IMG/VR virus record: IMGVR_UViG_3300020045_009791
Span: 1-35,781 of that record
Origin: a virus
Lineage: Duplodnaviria; Caudoviricetes
DNA length: 35,781 nucleotides
Strand: one strand, 5' to 3'
Below, piece by piece: positions 1-7,963 of the stretch. Both the position numbers and the translations under genes were made by a program. Positions within the stretch are counted from its first letter, which is position 1; every line of letters begins with the position of its first letter. Under the pieces are notes generated by a model that ran no database searches, was not told where the DNA came from, and saw only the letters and a list, made by a program, of their open reading frames with translations.

Positions 1-121
1 AAAAGTGCACGGCACCCGGCCCACTGGCGCGTGCCCAGCGCGCCTGCAGGTAGTCTTTGGCCGTATCAGGGCCAATGAACCAGAGCTGTGCGCCCTGCTT
101 TTGAGTTTTGCCACGCCAGGT
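1..121 (-). repeat. Exact inverted copy of terminase-internal segment 2320-2440
   Basis: 1-121 is the reverse complement of 2320-2440. ORFs 5..847 and 2188..2742 share the peptide HGTRPTGACPARLQVVFGRIRANEPELCALLLSFATPG. Confidence 0.95.
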
Positions 122-214
122 TCTGGCGCTGGTGCGGTGCGCTGGCTGGGTGTTTGGGGTGTGGGAGTGGGGCATGTCCTGGTGCTTGGCCGGTTTATGG
201 GTGGGGGGTGCATC

Positions 215-847
215 ATGGCTGTGACCCTTATGTCAAAGGCTGCCTATGCCAGGCACCGGGCGTGCGATGAGAAGGCGGTGCGCAAGGCGATCAATGAAGG
301 GCGTATCAGCCTGATCAATGGCAAGATAGACCCGGATGTGGCCGATATTCAGTGGGCGAAAAATACGCGGGCGCGGGTGTCACAGGGTGGTACATCCGGT
401 GGTACAGGCAGCGGCGGTGCAGCTGGCAGCCAGACTGAGCTGAGCGGGATGGGTGATGTGGGTGGTACGGCGGGTGGTACATCTGGTGCACTAGGTGCTG
501 CGGCCAGCCAGTCTGGCACTGATAAGCCAAACGCCGACCCCAGTTACATGCAGTTCCGCATGCGCCGTGAAGAGGCTGACGCGCAGATCGCCGAAATGAA
601 CGCGGGCAAGATGCGCGGCACGATGCTGATGCGTGATGACGTCGACCGGGCCATGTTTGAAGTGGGCCGTGAGCTGCGCGACACCCTGACGGCGTGTGCC
701 AGGCGCATTGCCTCTGAGGTGGCGTCACTGCCTACCGCCGAGGCCTGCGAAGAAGTGATTGACCGTGAGCACCGCATTGCGCTGCAGCTGCTGGTCACAT
801 CCTACCGTGAGAAGGTAGGCGCGGGTACCAAAGGCCCTGCATCATGA
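215..847 (+). CDS. Terminase small subunit
   Basis: Likely start is ATG 215 (MAVTLMSKAAYARHR...). It has an N-terminal HTH-like segment, a G/T/S-rich linker and a helical C-terminus, and overlaps the terL start (ATGA). Confidence 0.8.
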   Translation: MAVTLMSKAAYARHRACDEKAVRKAINEGRISLINGKIDPDVADIQWAKNTRARVSQGGTSGGTGSGGAAGSQTELSGMGDVGGTAGGTSGALGAAASQSGTDKPNADPSYMQFRMRREEADAQIAEMNAGKMRGTMLMRDDVDRAMFEVGRELRDTLTACARRIASEVASLPTAEACEEVIDREHRIALQLLVTSYREKVGAGTKGPAS

Positions 848-2844
848 GCGCCCTGCATGACGGGTACCAGGTGGTGCTCGACGCGATTGCACGCGGCCTT
901 GAGCCAGATCCCAACTTGACGGTCGACGTGTGGTCTGACGAATACATGCAGATCCCAAAAAGCACCGGCAGCAACGAGGCGGGCAAATACCGCACCAGCC
1001 GCACGCCGCACGCCCGGTCAGTGATGCGCTGGCTGTCTGACGATCACCCCTGCAAACGGGTGGCGCTGATGGGGGCTTCGCAAATGCTCAAGACACAGGT
1101 GGGGCTGAATTGGTTGATGGCCACCATCCACCAGTCGCCCAGCAACTTCCTTTGGCTGGTGCCCACGGGCAAACTGCACAAACGCGCGGCGGCCCGGATC
1201 GACAAGACCATTGCGGCCATTCCCCAGATACGCGACCGCGTGGCCAAGCCCCACAGCCGTGACAGCAACAACAACAACGACATCAAGGAATATGTGGGCG
1301 GGGCCCTGTACCTGGCCACGGCGGGTGCGGCCGCCAACTTGTCAGAGTTGTCGGTGCGCCGGGTGCTGTTTGATGAAATTGACCGGGCCAAAGAAAATGT
1401 GGGCGGGGAGGGCGACCCGTCCGAGCTGGCCGAAACACGCCAGACCACGTTTGAGCGAAACCGCAAGGCGTATTACCCCAGCTCACCCACGATCGAGGGC
1501 GAAAGCCCGATTGAAAACCTGTTCAAACGCGGCACGCAGCGCGAAGCCCTGGCCGAATGCATCCATTGTGGCCATGTCCAGCCGCTGGATTTTTTTGCGC
1601 TGATCCGCAGTGACGATGGCAAGCGCGCCATGTACCCCTGTTGCGAGTGCGGTGGCCTGCATGAAGAGGGTGACAAAACCCGCATGTTTGCCAAAGGCCT
1701 GTGGAGCGACGGCTACCCGGGTGATGGTGAGACCGAAAGCGCCACCATCAGTGGCATGTTTTTGCCCTACGGCTGGATTCCATGGGTGTCACTGATGCGC
1801 CAGTACGACATGGCCAAAGCCAAACTGGATGAAGGCTCTGAAGAAGGCATGATCGTGTTTTACAACACGCGCCTGGCCAAGTGCTGGGCAAGGTCGAAGG
1901 AGTCGACCCGATATGACGCCTTGATGGCACGTGCTGAAGATTACCGCCTTGGCACCGTGCCGGCGGGCGGCCTGATCCTCACCGCAGCGATTGATACCCA
2001 AGCCTATCGGCTTGAAATGAAAGTGGTGGCCTGGGGTGAGGGCATGGAAAGCTGGATTGTGGACTACCAGGTGATCAACACACCCCCCAGCGAAGAAGCC
2101 ACCTGGCAGCGTGCCGACGAATTACTCAAAGGCCGGTACCGCCATGCCAGCGGCGCCATGCTCACAATCAGCGCTGCATTCGTCGACTCAGGCGGATCCA
2201 ACACGCAGGACGTGTACAACTTCACGTCCAGCCGCAAACGCCGCAACATCTTTGCCATCAAAGGCCACAGCCGTGAGAACAAACCCATTCTCAGCAGCAA
2301 GCCCACGCTGGTTGACATCACCTGGCGTGGCAAAACTCAAAAGCAGGGCGCACAGCTCTGGTTCATTGGCCCTGATACGGCCAAAGACTACCTGCAGGCG
2401 CGCTGGGCACGCGCCAGTGGGCCGGGTGCCGTGCACTTTTCTAGCGAGCTGCCTGAAAGCTACTTCAAGGGCCTGACCGCTGAATTTCGCACCTTTGGCT
2501 ACAAACGTGGCCGCAAAGTCAGCTGGTGGGAGAAGAAAAAAGGCGAACCCAATGAGCCACTTGACCTGATGAACTACAACCTTGGCGCTGCGTACTTTCT
2601 TGGGCTGCACAAAAAAAATGAACATGCCTGGCAGACCCTGCGCAACCGTCTGGTGCCTTTGGTGCAAGACATGTTTGACCAGCCCGACCCTAACCCGCCA
2701 GCACTGCCTTCCCCCGCTGCCGCCATACCCGAGCCGATACACACGTCTGCACTACCACCCACCCCCATGCCGCCCCCTCCCCAGCCCCCAGCTGCAAAAG
2801 TCAGCAATGGCCGCATCAGCCTCTCAGGCCTGCGCCGGGGGTAA
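844..2844 (+). CDS. Terminase large subunit (lambda gpA family)
   Basis: 666 aa with gpA-type ATPase motifs (ASQMLKT, LFDEID, SSPT), CxxC pairs, and nuclease motifs (AIDTQ, FVDSGG, NEPLDL). Confidence 0.95.
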   Translation: MSALHDGYQVVLDAIARGLEPDPNLTVDVWSDEYMQIPKSTGSNEAGKYRTSRTPHARSVMRWLSDDHPCKRVALMGASQMLKTQVGLNWLMATIHQSPSNFLWLVPTGKLHKRAAARIDKTIAAIPQIRDRVAKPHSRDSNNNNDIKEYVGGALYLATAGAAANLSELSVRRVLFDEIDRAKENVGGEGDPSELAETRQTTFERNRKAYYPSSPTIEGESPIENLFKRGTQREALAECIHCGHVQPLDFFALIRSDDGKRAMYPCCECGGLHEEGDKTRMFAKGLWSDGYPGDGETESATISGMFLPYGWIPWVSLMRQYDMAKAKLDEGSEEGMIVFYNTRLAKCWARSKESTRYDALMARAEDYRLGTVPAGGLILTAAIDTQAYRLEMKVVAWGEGMESWIVDYQVINTPPSEEATWQRADELLKGRYRHASGAMLTISAAFVDSGGSNTQDVYNFTSSRKRRNIFAIKGHSRENKPILSSKPTLVDITWRGKTQKQGAQLWFIGPDTAKDYLQARWARASGPGAVHFSSELPESYFKGLTAEFRTFGYKRGRKVSWWEKKKGEPNEPLDLMNYNLGAAYFLGLHKKNEHAWQTLRNRLVPLVQDMFDQPDPNPPALPSPAAAIPEPIHTSALPPTPMPPPPQPPAAKVSNGRISLSGLRRG

Positions 2845-2850
2845 GCCACC

Positions 2851-3171
2851 ATGACCCATGTTTTGCCCATGCACAGCAATACTGACCCAGACCCCGACGT
2901 GGTGGCCTATACCCTGCAGGTGGCACTGGCCCTGGTGCCGGGCCTGAGTGCGGACCAGGCTAAGCAGATCGAGGACGAGGTGAAAAACAAGTACGGTGGC
3001 CGCCGCTTTTATATCCCCAAGGGGGCCAAGCGCCCCACGCCAGAGCAGCGTGCGGCGCTTTACAAAGACGGCCTATCCACCATGGCCACGGCTGACATCG
3101 CCAAAAAACACCAAGTCAGCCGGGCCACCATTTACCGCTTGATGAAAGACGGCGGCGGCCGGTTCTCGTGA
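2851..3171 (+). CDS. Mor/C-family transcription activator (putative late-gene activator)
   Basis: YGGRRFYIPK motif followed by a C-terminal HTH (TADIAKKHQVSRATIYRLM), the architecture of Mu Mor/C proteins. Confidence 0.75.
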   Translation: MTHVLPMHSNTDPDPDVVAYTLQVALALVPGLSADQAKQIEDEVKNKYGGRRFYIPKGAKRPTPEQRAALYKDGLSTMATADIAKKHQVSRATIYRLMKDGGGRFS

Positions 3172-3205
3172 CCCATGCGTGCACCCGCTGTCCTGGGTGC
3201 GTGTG

Positions 3206-3252
3206 AGTCGTCTCAATTTGCCCTATTTGAGACAGCCACATTTGGGGATAGT
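3206..3252 (+). promoter_or_regulatory. Putative activator-dependent late promoter, copy 1
   Basis: AGTCGTCTCAATTTGCCCTATTTGAGACA (3206-3234) contains the dyad GTCTCAA-N10-TTGAGAC. A -10-like GATAGT follows 12 nt later. The 29-mer recurs identically at 7910-7938. Confidence 0.7.
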
Positions 3253-3287
3253 CAGGCACCAATACCCCCCTGGAGCCTTCACCCGTC

Positions 3288-3512
3288 ATGGCCGGAATCA
3301 CCCTCGCACAAGCCCAAACCCAGCTCGACGCCTACCTGGCCGCTGAAACCGCCGTTTTAGGGGGCCAACAGTACGAACATGCAGGCCGCATGCTGCGCCG
3401 TGCCGACCTTGCCCAGATCCGCGAAGGCGTCACCACCTGGGATGCCCGCGTGAAATCCTTGAGCGTCAGCGCCCGTGGCCGCAGCCGTGCCCGCACCATC
3501 ATTGCAGGCTAA
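3288..3512 (+). CDS. Head-tail joining protein (gpW-like / DUF6148-like)
   Basis: 74 aa gene just before portal, with the AQLDAYLAAE...GRMLRRADL motif. Confidence 0.8.
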   Translation: MAGITLAQAQTQLDAYLAAETAVLGGQQYEHAGRMLRRADLAQIREGVTTWDARVKSLSVSARGRSRARTIIAG

Positions 3513-3518
3513 CCCCCC

Positions 3519-5135
3519 ATGTCAAACCCTCAAAACCCGCTTGTGCAGCAAAACATGCTGGACAAGCTCATCACCTACGTGGCACCGGGCCTGGCTGTCC
3601 GGCGCATGACCCAGCGTGGCCAGCTCGCCTTGTCTGGCGGCTACACCGGCGCCCGCATTGACCGTGCCCAGCTCAGCCGCTACACCCCCACCGCGGGAAG
3701 CCCTAACACCGACACCATCCGCGATTTGCCCATGCTGCGCGCCCGCAGCCGTGACCAAATGCGCAACGCCCCCGTAGCGCTGGGCGCACTCAACACACAG
3801 GTGAGCCACGTGGTGGGCACCGGCCTGACCTACACCCCGGCCATCGATGCCAAGTTTTTGCGCCTGACGCCTGAGCAAGCCGCCGACTGGGCCGCCGACT
3901 CCAAACGCCGTTTTGAAGCCTGGGCCGAGTCGCCCGACTGTGATCTGGCCCGTGAGCTGGACTTTTATGGCATCCAGGAGCTGGGTTTTCGGTCGTTTCT
4001 GGAATCTGGCGACAGCTTTGTCATCACCCCACGCGTGCCTCGCGCAGGCCGTGGCATACAACTGGCCCTACAGCTGCTGGAAGCCGACCACATTTGCAAC
4101 CCTGACCGCAAGCCAGACACTGACATCCTGGTCAACGGGGTGGAAATTAACCCAAATACAGGTGAAAAAACCGCCGTGCATGTGGCAAAAAAGCACCCCG
4201 GCGCCTATGGCATCACCGGCAACACCTGGCAGCGTGTGGCCATGCGTGGCGCTGGTACCGGGCGGCGCAATGTGCTGCACATTTTCAAACCGTTGCGCCC
4301 TGGCCAGGTGCGCGGAATACCGCTGATTGCCCCCATTCTTGAGCCCCTCAAGCAGCTGGGTACCTGGTCAGACGCTGAGCTTAATGCCGCCGTGACCAGT
4401 GCCCTGATGTCAGTGTTTGTCAAGATGGACCCCGAAGCCTTTGACACCTTGTACGACGAAGACGCTCAGGGAAAAATTGTGGAGACTGCCAGCAAGTGGT
4501 CGGGCGCCATGGAATCCGGCAAGGCCATCAACCTGCTGCCTGGTGAAAGCATTGAAAGCCCCACACCTGGCCGCCCAAACCCCGCCTTTGACCCGTTCTG
4601 GACCGCCATGGTGCGCCAGATCGGCATGGCCCTTGAGATGCCATTTGAGGTGCTGGTGATGCACTTCCAAAGCAGCTACAGCGCCGCCCGTGCCGCGCTG
4701 CTGATGGCCTGGAAAGCCTTCCGTGCCAAGCGTGATTTGCTGGCCAAAACCCTGTGCCAGCCCGTGCTTGAGCTGTGGCTGGCCGACGAAGTGGCCGCCG
4801 GGCGCATCAACTGCCCCGGCTTTTTTGTTGACCCGATCGTGCGCGCTGCCTGGTGCAGCGCCATCTGGACGGGTGACGGCCCCGGCTCCATCGACCCCGG
4901 TAAAGAAGTGGACGCCGCACAGAAGCGGGTCGACCTTGGCATCAGCACCAAGCAGGCCGAATCCATTGCCTTTGACGGTGTGGACTGGCAGCAAAAGCAC
5001 GACCAGCGCGTCAAAGAAATCAACGCTGAAAAGCGCGACGGCATCTATGTGCTGCCCGCTGGCAGCCCGGCGCCACTTCCCGAACAAGACCAACCCGATC
5101 AACCTGATCAACCAGACCAAACGGACAAACCCTAG
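3519..5135 (+). CDS. Portal protein, lambda family
   Basis: 538 aa with LRARSRD, RPGQVRGIP, SSYSAARAAL and IDPGKE motifs typical of lambda gpB-type portals. Confidence 0.95.
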   Translation: MSNPQNPLVQQNMLDKLITYVAPGLAVRRMTQRGQLALSGGYTGARIDRAQLSRYTPTAGSPNTDTIRDLPMLRARSRDQMRNAPVALGALNTQVSHVVGTGLTYTPAIDAKFLRLTPEQAADWAADSKRRFEAWAESPDCDLARELDFYGIQELGFRSFLESGDSFVITPRVPRAGRGIQLALQLLEADHICNPDRKPDTDILVNGVEINPNTGEKTAVHVAKKHPGAYGITGNTWQRVAMRGAGTGRRNVLHIFKPLRPGQVRGIPLIAPILEPLKQLGTWSDAELNAAVTSALMSVFVKMDPEAFDTLYDEDAQGKIVETASKWSGAMESGKAINLLPGESIESPTPGRPNPAFDPFWTAMVRQIGMALEMPFEVLVMHFQSSYSAARAALLMAWKAFRAKRDLLAKTLCQPVLELWLADEVAAGRINCPGFFVDPIVRAAWCSAIWTGDGPGSIDPGKEVDAAQKRVDLGISTKQAESIAFDGVDWQQKHDQRVKEINAEKRDGIYVLPAGSPAPLPEQDQPDQPDQPDQTDKP

Positions 5136-5146
5136 GAGTAAACCCC

Positions 5147-6781
5147 ATGGCATCTAACGCAACCTCACTACTCACGCAGGGCATCATCGCGCAAGCGGCC
5201 ATTGCCAAAAATCAACCGATTACAAAGACCGGCACAGTGGCCGCTGCAGGCGGCACCTGCATTGGCTTTTCGCAAACGTCCGCCGCCATTGGCGAGCGCG
5301 TCGGCGTCACGGTGTTGGGCTCAGGTATCGGTGTGGCGGGTGGCACCATTGCGGCCAATGCAGCGCTGCAAGTGGGCGCCAATGGCACGGTCATCACGCA
5401 GTCAACTGGCGCCATCATCGGGCGGGCCATGAATGCCGCGGTGATTGGTGATCACGTCGAAGTGTTCATTGCGCCGCACGGCAATGTGTCGTCTGGGGAG
5501 AATCCCGTCACCGGGGGGAATGATTTTTCTGGAGATGTAAGCACGCTCAAATTGCCAGCGGGGGTAACGGATTTGACTGCTGGAGTTGGCGGTGGTAGCG
5601 GGCGTACTCAGATCGGACTTGTGATATTCGGCCAATCAAACGAGCGCGGAAACAGCGAGCTTGTGAGTAGCACCGCAGTCAACCAGATGACGGCATACCC
5701 GCAGGCTTTCCGAAGCCTTGTAAATTCCAACATCACATCCTATTTTCCAGGTGTGAATCAGCTTACAAAGCTCGCTGCGGATAGCCAGCTCTACCCGCTT
5801 GGGTCTGCTTGGTGCAAGGTATACGATGACCTTTATGCCGCAGGCTACGAGGCACACATTTACAACGCATCCATTGGTTCGTTGTCGTTTTTCAAAGATG
5901 CAGTAGGCTTCCCACGCCCACGGCTTAATAGCAGCACTGATTTCCGTCAGCGCCGCGCTGCTGGCACTTTTGGCCCTACCGACCTTGGATGCCAAGGGAC
6001 TGTAACAATCCAGAACAGCTACGCTTTTGAATGCACAACTGGAAGCGACTTTATCGCCGTACTGAGGAATCAAGGCGCAAAGATTGTAAATTCGTCTGGA
6101 GACACGATACCCGATGCACTGGATTACATTCGCACCCCAACCCTGGCAAAGAAGGCGCTTGCCGCAGTTGCTCCAGACTTTACGGCAGCAACAGCACTAG
6201 GTTCCACCGTAACCGATGGCGCGTGTGTCTGGACAAATATCGGCCTCGCTTCGACGCTGGGCTATACCAGTGCGATTCCGTTTCAGCCAAAATCATTACT
6301 CGGGGATGTGGCTGGGTTTGATCCATACGGTATTGCTCGTCGAGCAGCTCAAGCGGCACAAGAAATGCGGATGCGTGGTGTGTCTAAAATCATTGTTTAT
6401 ATCTGCAATGGGCAATCCGATGCCGCCTCCACGTCACAGTCAAATTACGCCTTTTGCCTTCAATATTTGGCGCAGTTTTTCCGGTCGCAGGGATTTGAGG
6501 TGTGCATCGGGCTTTCGACTTACACACGTACAGACGCCACAGCCGGGTGGGATGCACTTGTGGCCGCTAGAACTTCGGCATTGGCTGCACTTTCTTCCGA
6601 CACTGGGGTGCACGTAGGTGCTGATCTTTACACGCTCATGGGGAACATAGAAGGCGCAAATGGTTTGACGTACAACACCGCCGGGGCGGTGGGCGACAAC
6701 AACGCGCACATCAATGCACAGGCTCAGATTGTGGCGGGCGGGCATCATTCGGAAGCGATTTTGGCAGCACTGGCGACATAA
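5147..6781 (+). CDS. Fusion: DUF2190-like capsid decoration domain + SGNH/sialate O-acetylesterase-like domain
   Basis: The first ~110 aa are paralogous to 9299..9640 (GFSQT..AIG.RV.VTV.G, IGRA..AA..GD..EV). The remainder has GQSN, NGQSD and DNNAH SGNH-type blocks. RBS is AGGAG. Confidence 0.8.
   Translation: MASNATSLLTQGIIAQAAIAKNQPITKTGTVAAAGGTCIGFSQTSAAIGERVGVTVLGSGIGVAGGTIAANAALQVGANGTVITQSTGAIIGRAMNAAVIGDHVEVFIAPHGNVSSGENPVTGGNDFSGDVSTLKLPAGVTDLTAGVGGGSGRTQIGLVIFGQSNERGNSELVSSTAVNQMTAYPQAFRSLVNSNITSYFPGVNQLTKLAADSQLYPLGSAWCKVYDDLYAAGYEAHIYNASIGSLSFFKDAVGFPRPRLNSSTDFRQRRAAGTFGPTDLGCQGTVTIQNSYAFECTTGSDFIAVLRNQGAKIVNSSGDTIPDALDYIRTPTLAKKALAAVAPDFTAATALGSTVTDGACVWTNIGLASTLGYTSAIPFQPKSLLGDVAGFDPYGIARRAAQAAQEMRMRGVSKIIVYICNGQSDAASTSQSNYAFCLQYLAQFFRSQGFEVCIGLSTYTRTDATAGWDALVAARTSALAALSSDTGVHVGADLYTLMGNIEGANGLTYNTAGAVGDNNAHINAQAQIVAGGHHSEAILAALAT
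5501..5533 (+). other. Putative recombination site, left end of cassette (inside the decoration-fusion ORF, encodes NPVTGGNDFSG)
   Basis: AATCCCG-TCACCGG-GGGGAATGATTTTTCTGGA sits at the domain and composition boundary and is related to the site at 6938-6963. Confidence 0.6.
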
Positions 6782-6937
6782 AGATGGTAATCAGAACCGA
6801 ACTAGGCCAAGGCAAAACTAGGCCCGTGCTACTGAGTGTAGGTAGGGTCAAAAAAGTCAGGCTGCTGATTTTGGGCAGCAGCAATGAACGGTGGTGGAAT
6901 TTAGGCGACGAAGATCGCAAGCTCCAGCCTCCGCAAA

Positions 6938-6963
6938 TCAAGAAAACCTAATCCCCTCATCAC
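6938..6963 (+). other. Putative recombination site, right end of cassette
   Basis: TCAAGAAAACCTAATCCCC-TCATCAC. The arm is an imperfect inverted repeat of 5515-5533 (14/19). AATCCCCTCA is a 9/10 direct repeat of AATCCCGTCA at 5501. Confidence 0.6.
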
Positions 6964-6976
6964 GCGGCACGCCCCT

Positions 6977-7882
6977 ATGTCCCTGCTGTCACACACTCTG
7001 GGGCGGATCATGCCCCGCTACCGGACACTGCGGCAGTGGGGTGATGTGTACAGCCAGATCATTGGTGGCAGGCCGATCAGCGACAAGACCAAAGCCAACC
7101 GTCGCAGCGCCCTGGTGCATGTGATGGATGGCCTGGGCAGTAAGACCATTTCTGCCATTCGCCCGCATGAGGTGGCCAGTCTGATCAACGGCATTGCGTT
7201 GGCGCACCCCAGCACGGCCAAGCGGGTGCTGTTTGAGGCCCGTGATGTGTTTGACCAAGCCATCAATTACGGCTGGATTGACAGAAACCCAGCCAGCGCC
7301 GTGAAGCCGCCCGTGGTGCGTGTGCAGCGCAAGCGTTTGACCCTTGAGCAATGGCAGGCAATCCACGCCCAGGCCATGGCCACCATGCCGCCTTGGGTCG
7401 CCCACATGATGACCCTGGCGCTGGTGACCGGGCAACGGCGCAGCGACTTGGTAAAAATGAAATTCAGTGACGTGTGGGATGACCACCTGCACATTGAGCA
7501 GCTCAAGACTGGCGCCCGCCTGGCCTTGCCCCTTACCCTGAAGCTGGATGCTTTGGACCTGACGCTGCAGGCAGCCATTGCCGCCTGCAGCGATTACGCC
7601 GTGGGCAAAGACTACCTGCTGCGTAAACACAATGGCCAGCAGCTGGTGGACGCCAGTCTGTCAGCCCGGTTTGAAGAAGCGCGGGATGCCGCCTTGCCCG
7701 CCAGCCGCACCGGCCACCCGCCATCTTTGCATGAGTGCCGCTCACTGGCCGAGCGCCTTTACCGCATGCAGGGCATCAACACCATGGTGCTGCTTGGCCA
7801 CAAACACCAATCCATGACCGACATGTACCACGACGACCGGGGCCTGACCAAGGGCGAATGGAAAACGCTTTCACTTGCCTGA
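6977..7882 (+). CDS. Tyrosine recombinase, lambda-Int-like core-binding + catalytic domains, no arm-binding domain
   Basis: Catalytic set looks intact: TGQRRSD (R), QLKTG (K), HECRSL (HxxR), LLGHK (H), DMYHDDRG (Y). These resemble lambda Int HELRSL...LLGHK...YRDDRG. Only 301 aa. Confidence 0.93.
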   Translation: MSLLSHTLGRIMPRYRTLRQWGDVYSQIIGGRPISDKTKANRRSALVHVMDGLGSKTISAIRPHEVASLINGIALAHPSTAKRVLFEARDVFDQAINYGWIDRNPASAVKPPVVRVQRKRLTLEQWQAIHAQAMATMPPWVAHMMTLALVTGQRRSDLVKMKFSDVWDDHLHIEQLKTGARLALPLTLKLDALDLTLQAAIAACSDYAVGKDYLLRKHNGQQLVDASLSARFEEARDAALPASRTGHPPSLHECRSLAERLYRMQGINTMVLLGHKHQSMTDMYHDDRGLTKGEWKTLSLA

Positions 7883-7909
7883 TGCACACGTGTGCACAGC
7901 ATTTTTAAA

Positions 7910-7956
7910 AGTCGTCTCAATTTGCCCTATTTGAGACACTGACTTTTTGGGACATT
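7910..7956 (+). promoter_or_regulatory. Putative activator-dependent late promoter, copy 2
   Basis: Identical 29-mer to 3206-3234, then a -10-like GACATT at the same 12-nt spacing, 7 nt before the protease ATG. Confidence 0.7.
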
Positions 7957-7963
7957 CACTCCC

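Noticed and set aside
5-214. N-terminal 70 aa of the 280-aa ORF 5..847
   Set aside because: Derived from the inverted terL copy plus G/T-rich intergenic DNA. The terminase small subunit more plausibly starts at 215.
5088-5127. DQP tandem repeat at the portal C-terminus
   Set aside because: Ordinary low-complexity disordered tail.
6711-6941. Minus-strand 76-aa ORF as an alternative shufflon C-terminus
   Set aside because: The frame that would fuse after inversion stops at once (TCT TGA), and this ORF has no protein-like features or RBS.
6977-7882. Recombinase as the phage integrase or part of a separate inserted element
   Set aside because: A full integrase with attP and an xis-like gene exists at 23463-25067. 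This one lacks an arm domain, has phage-like codon usage, and is followed by a phage late promoter.
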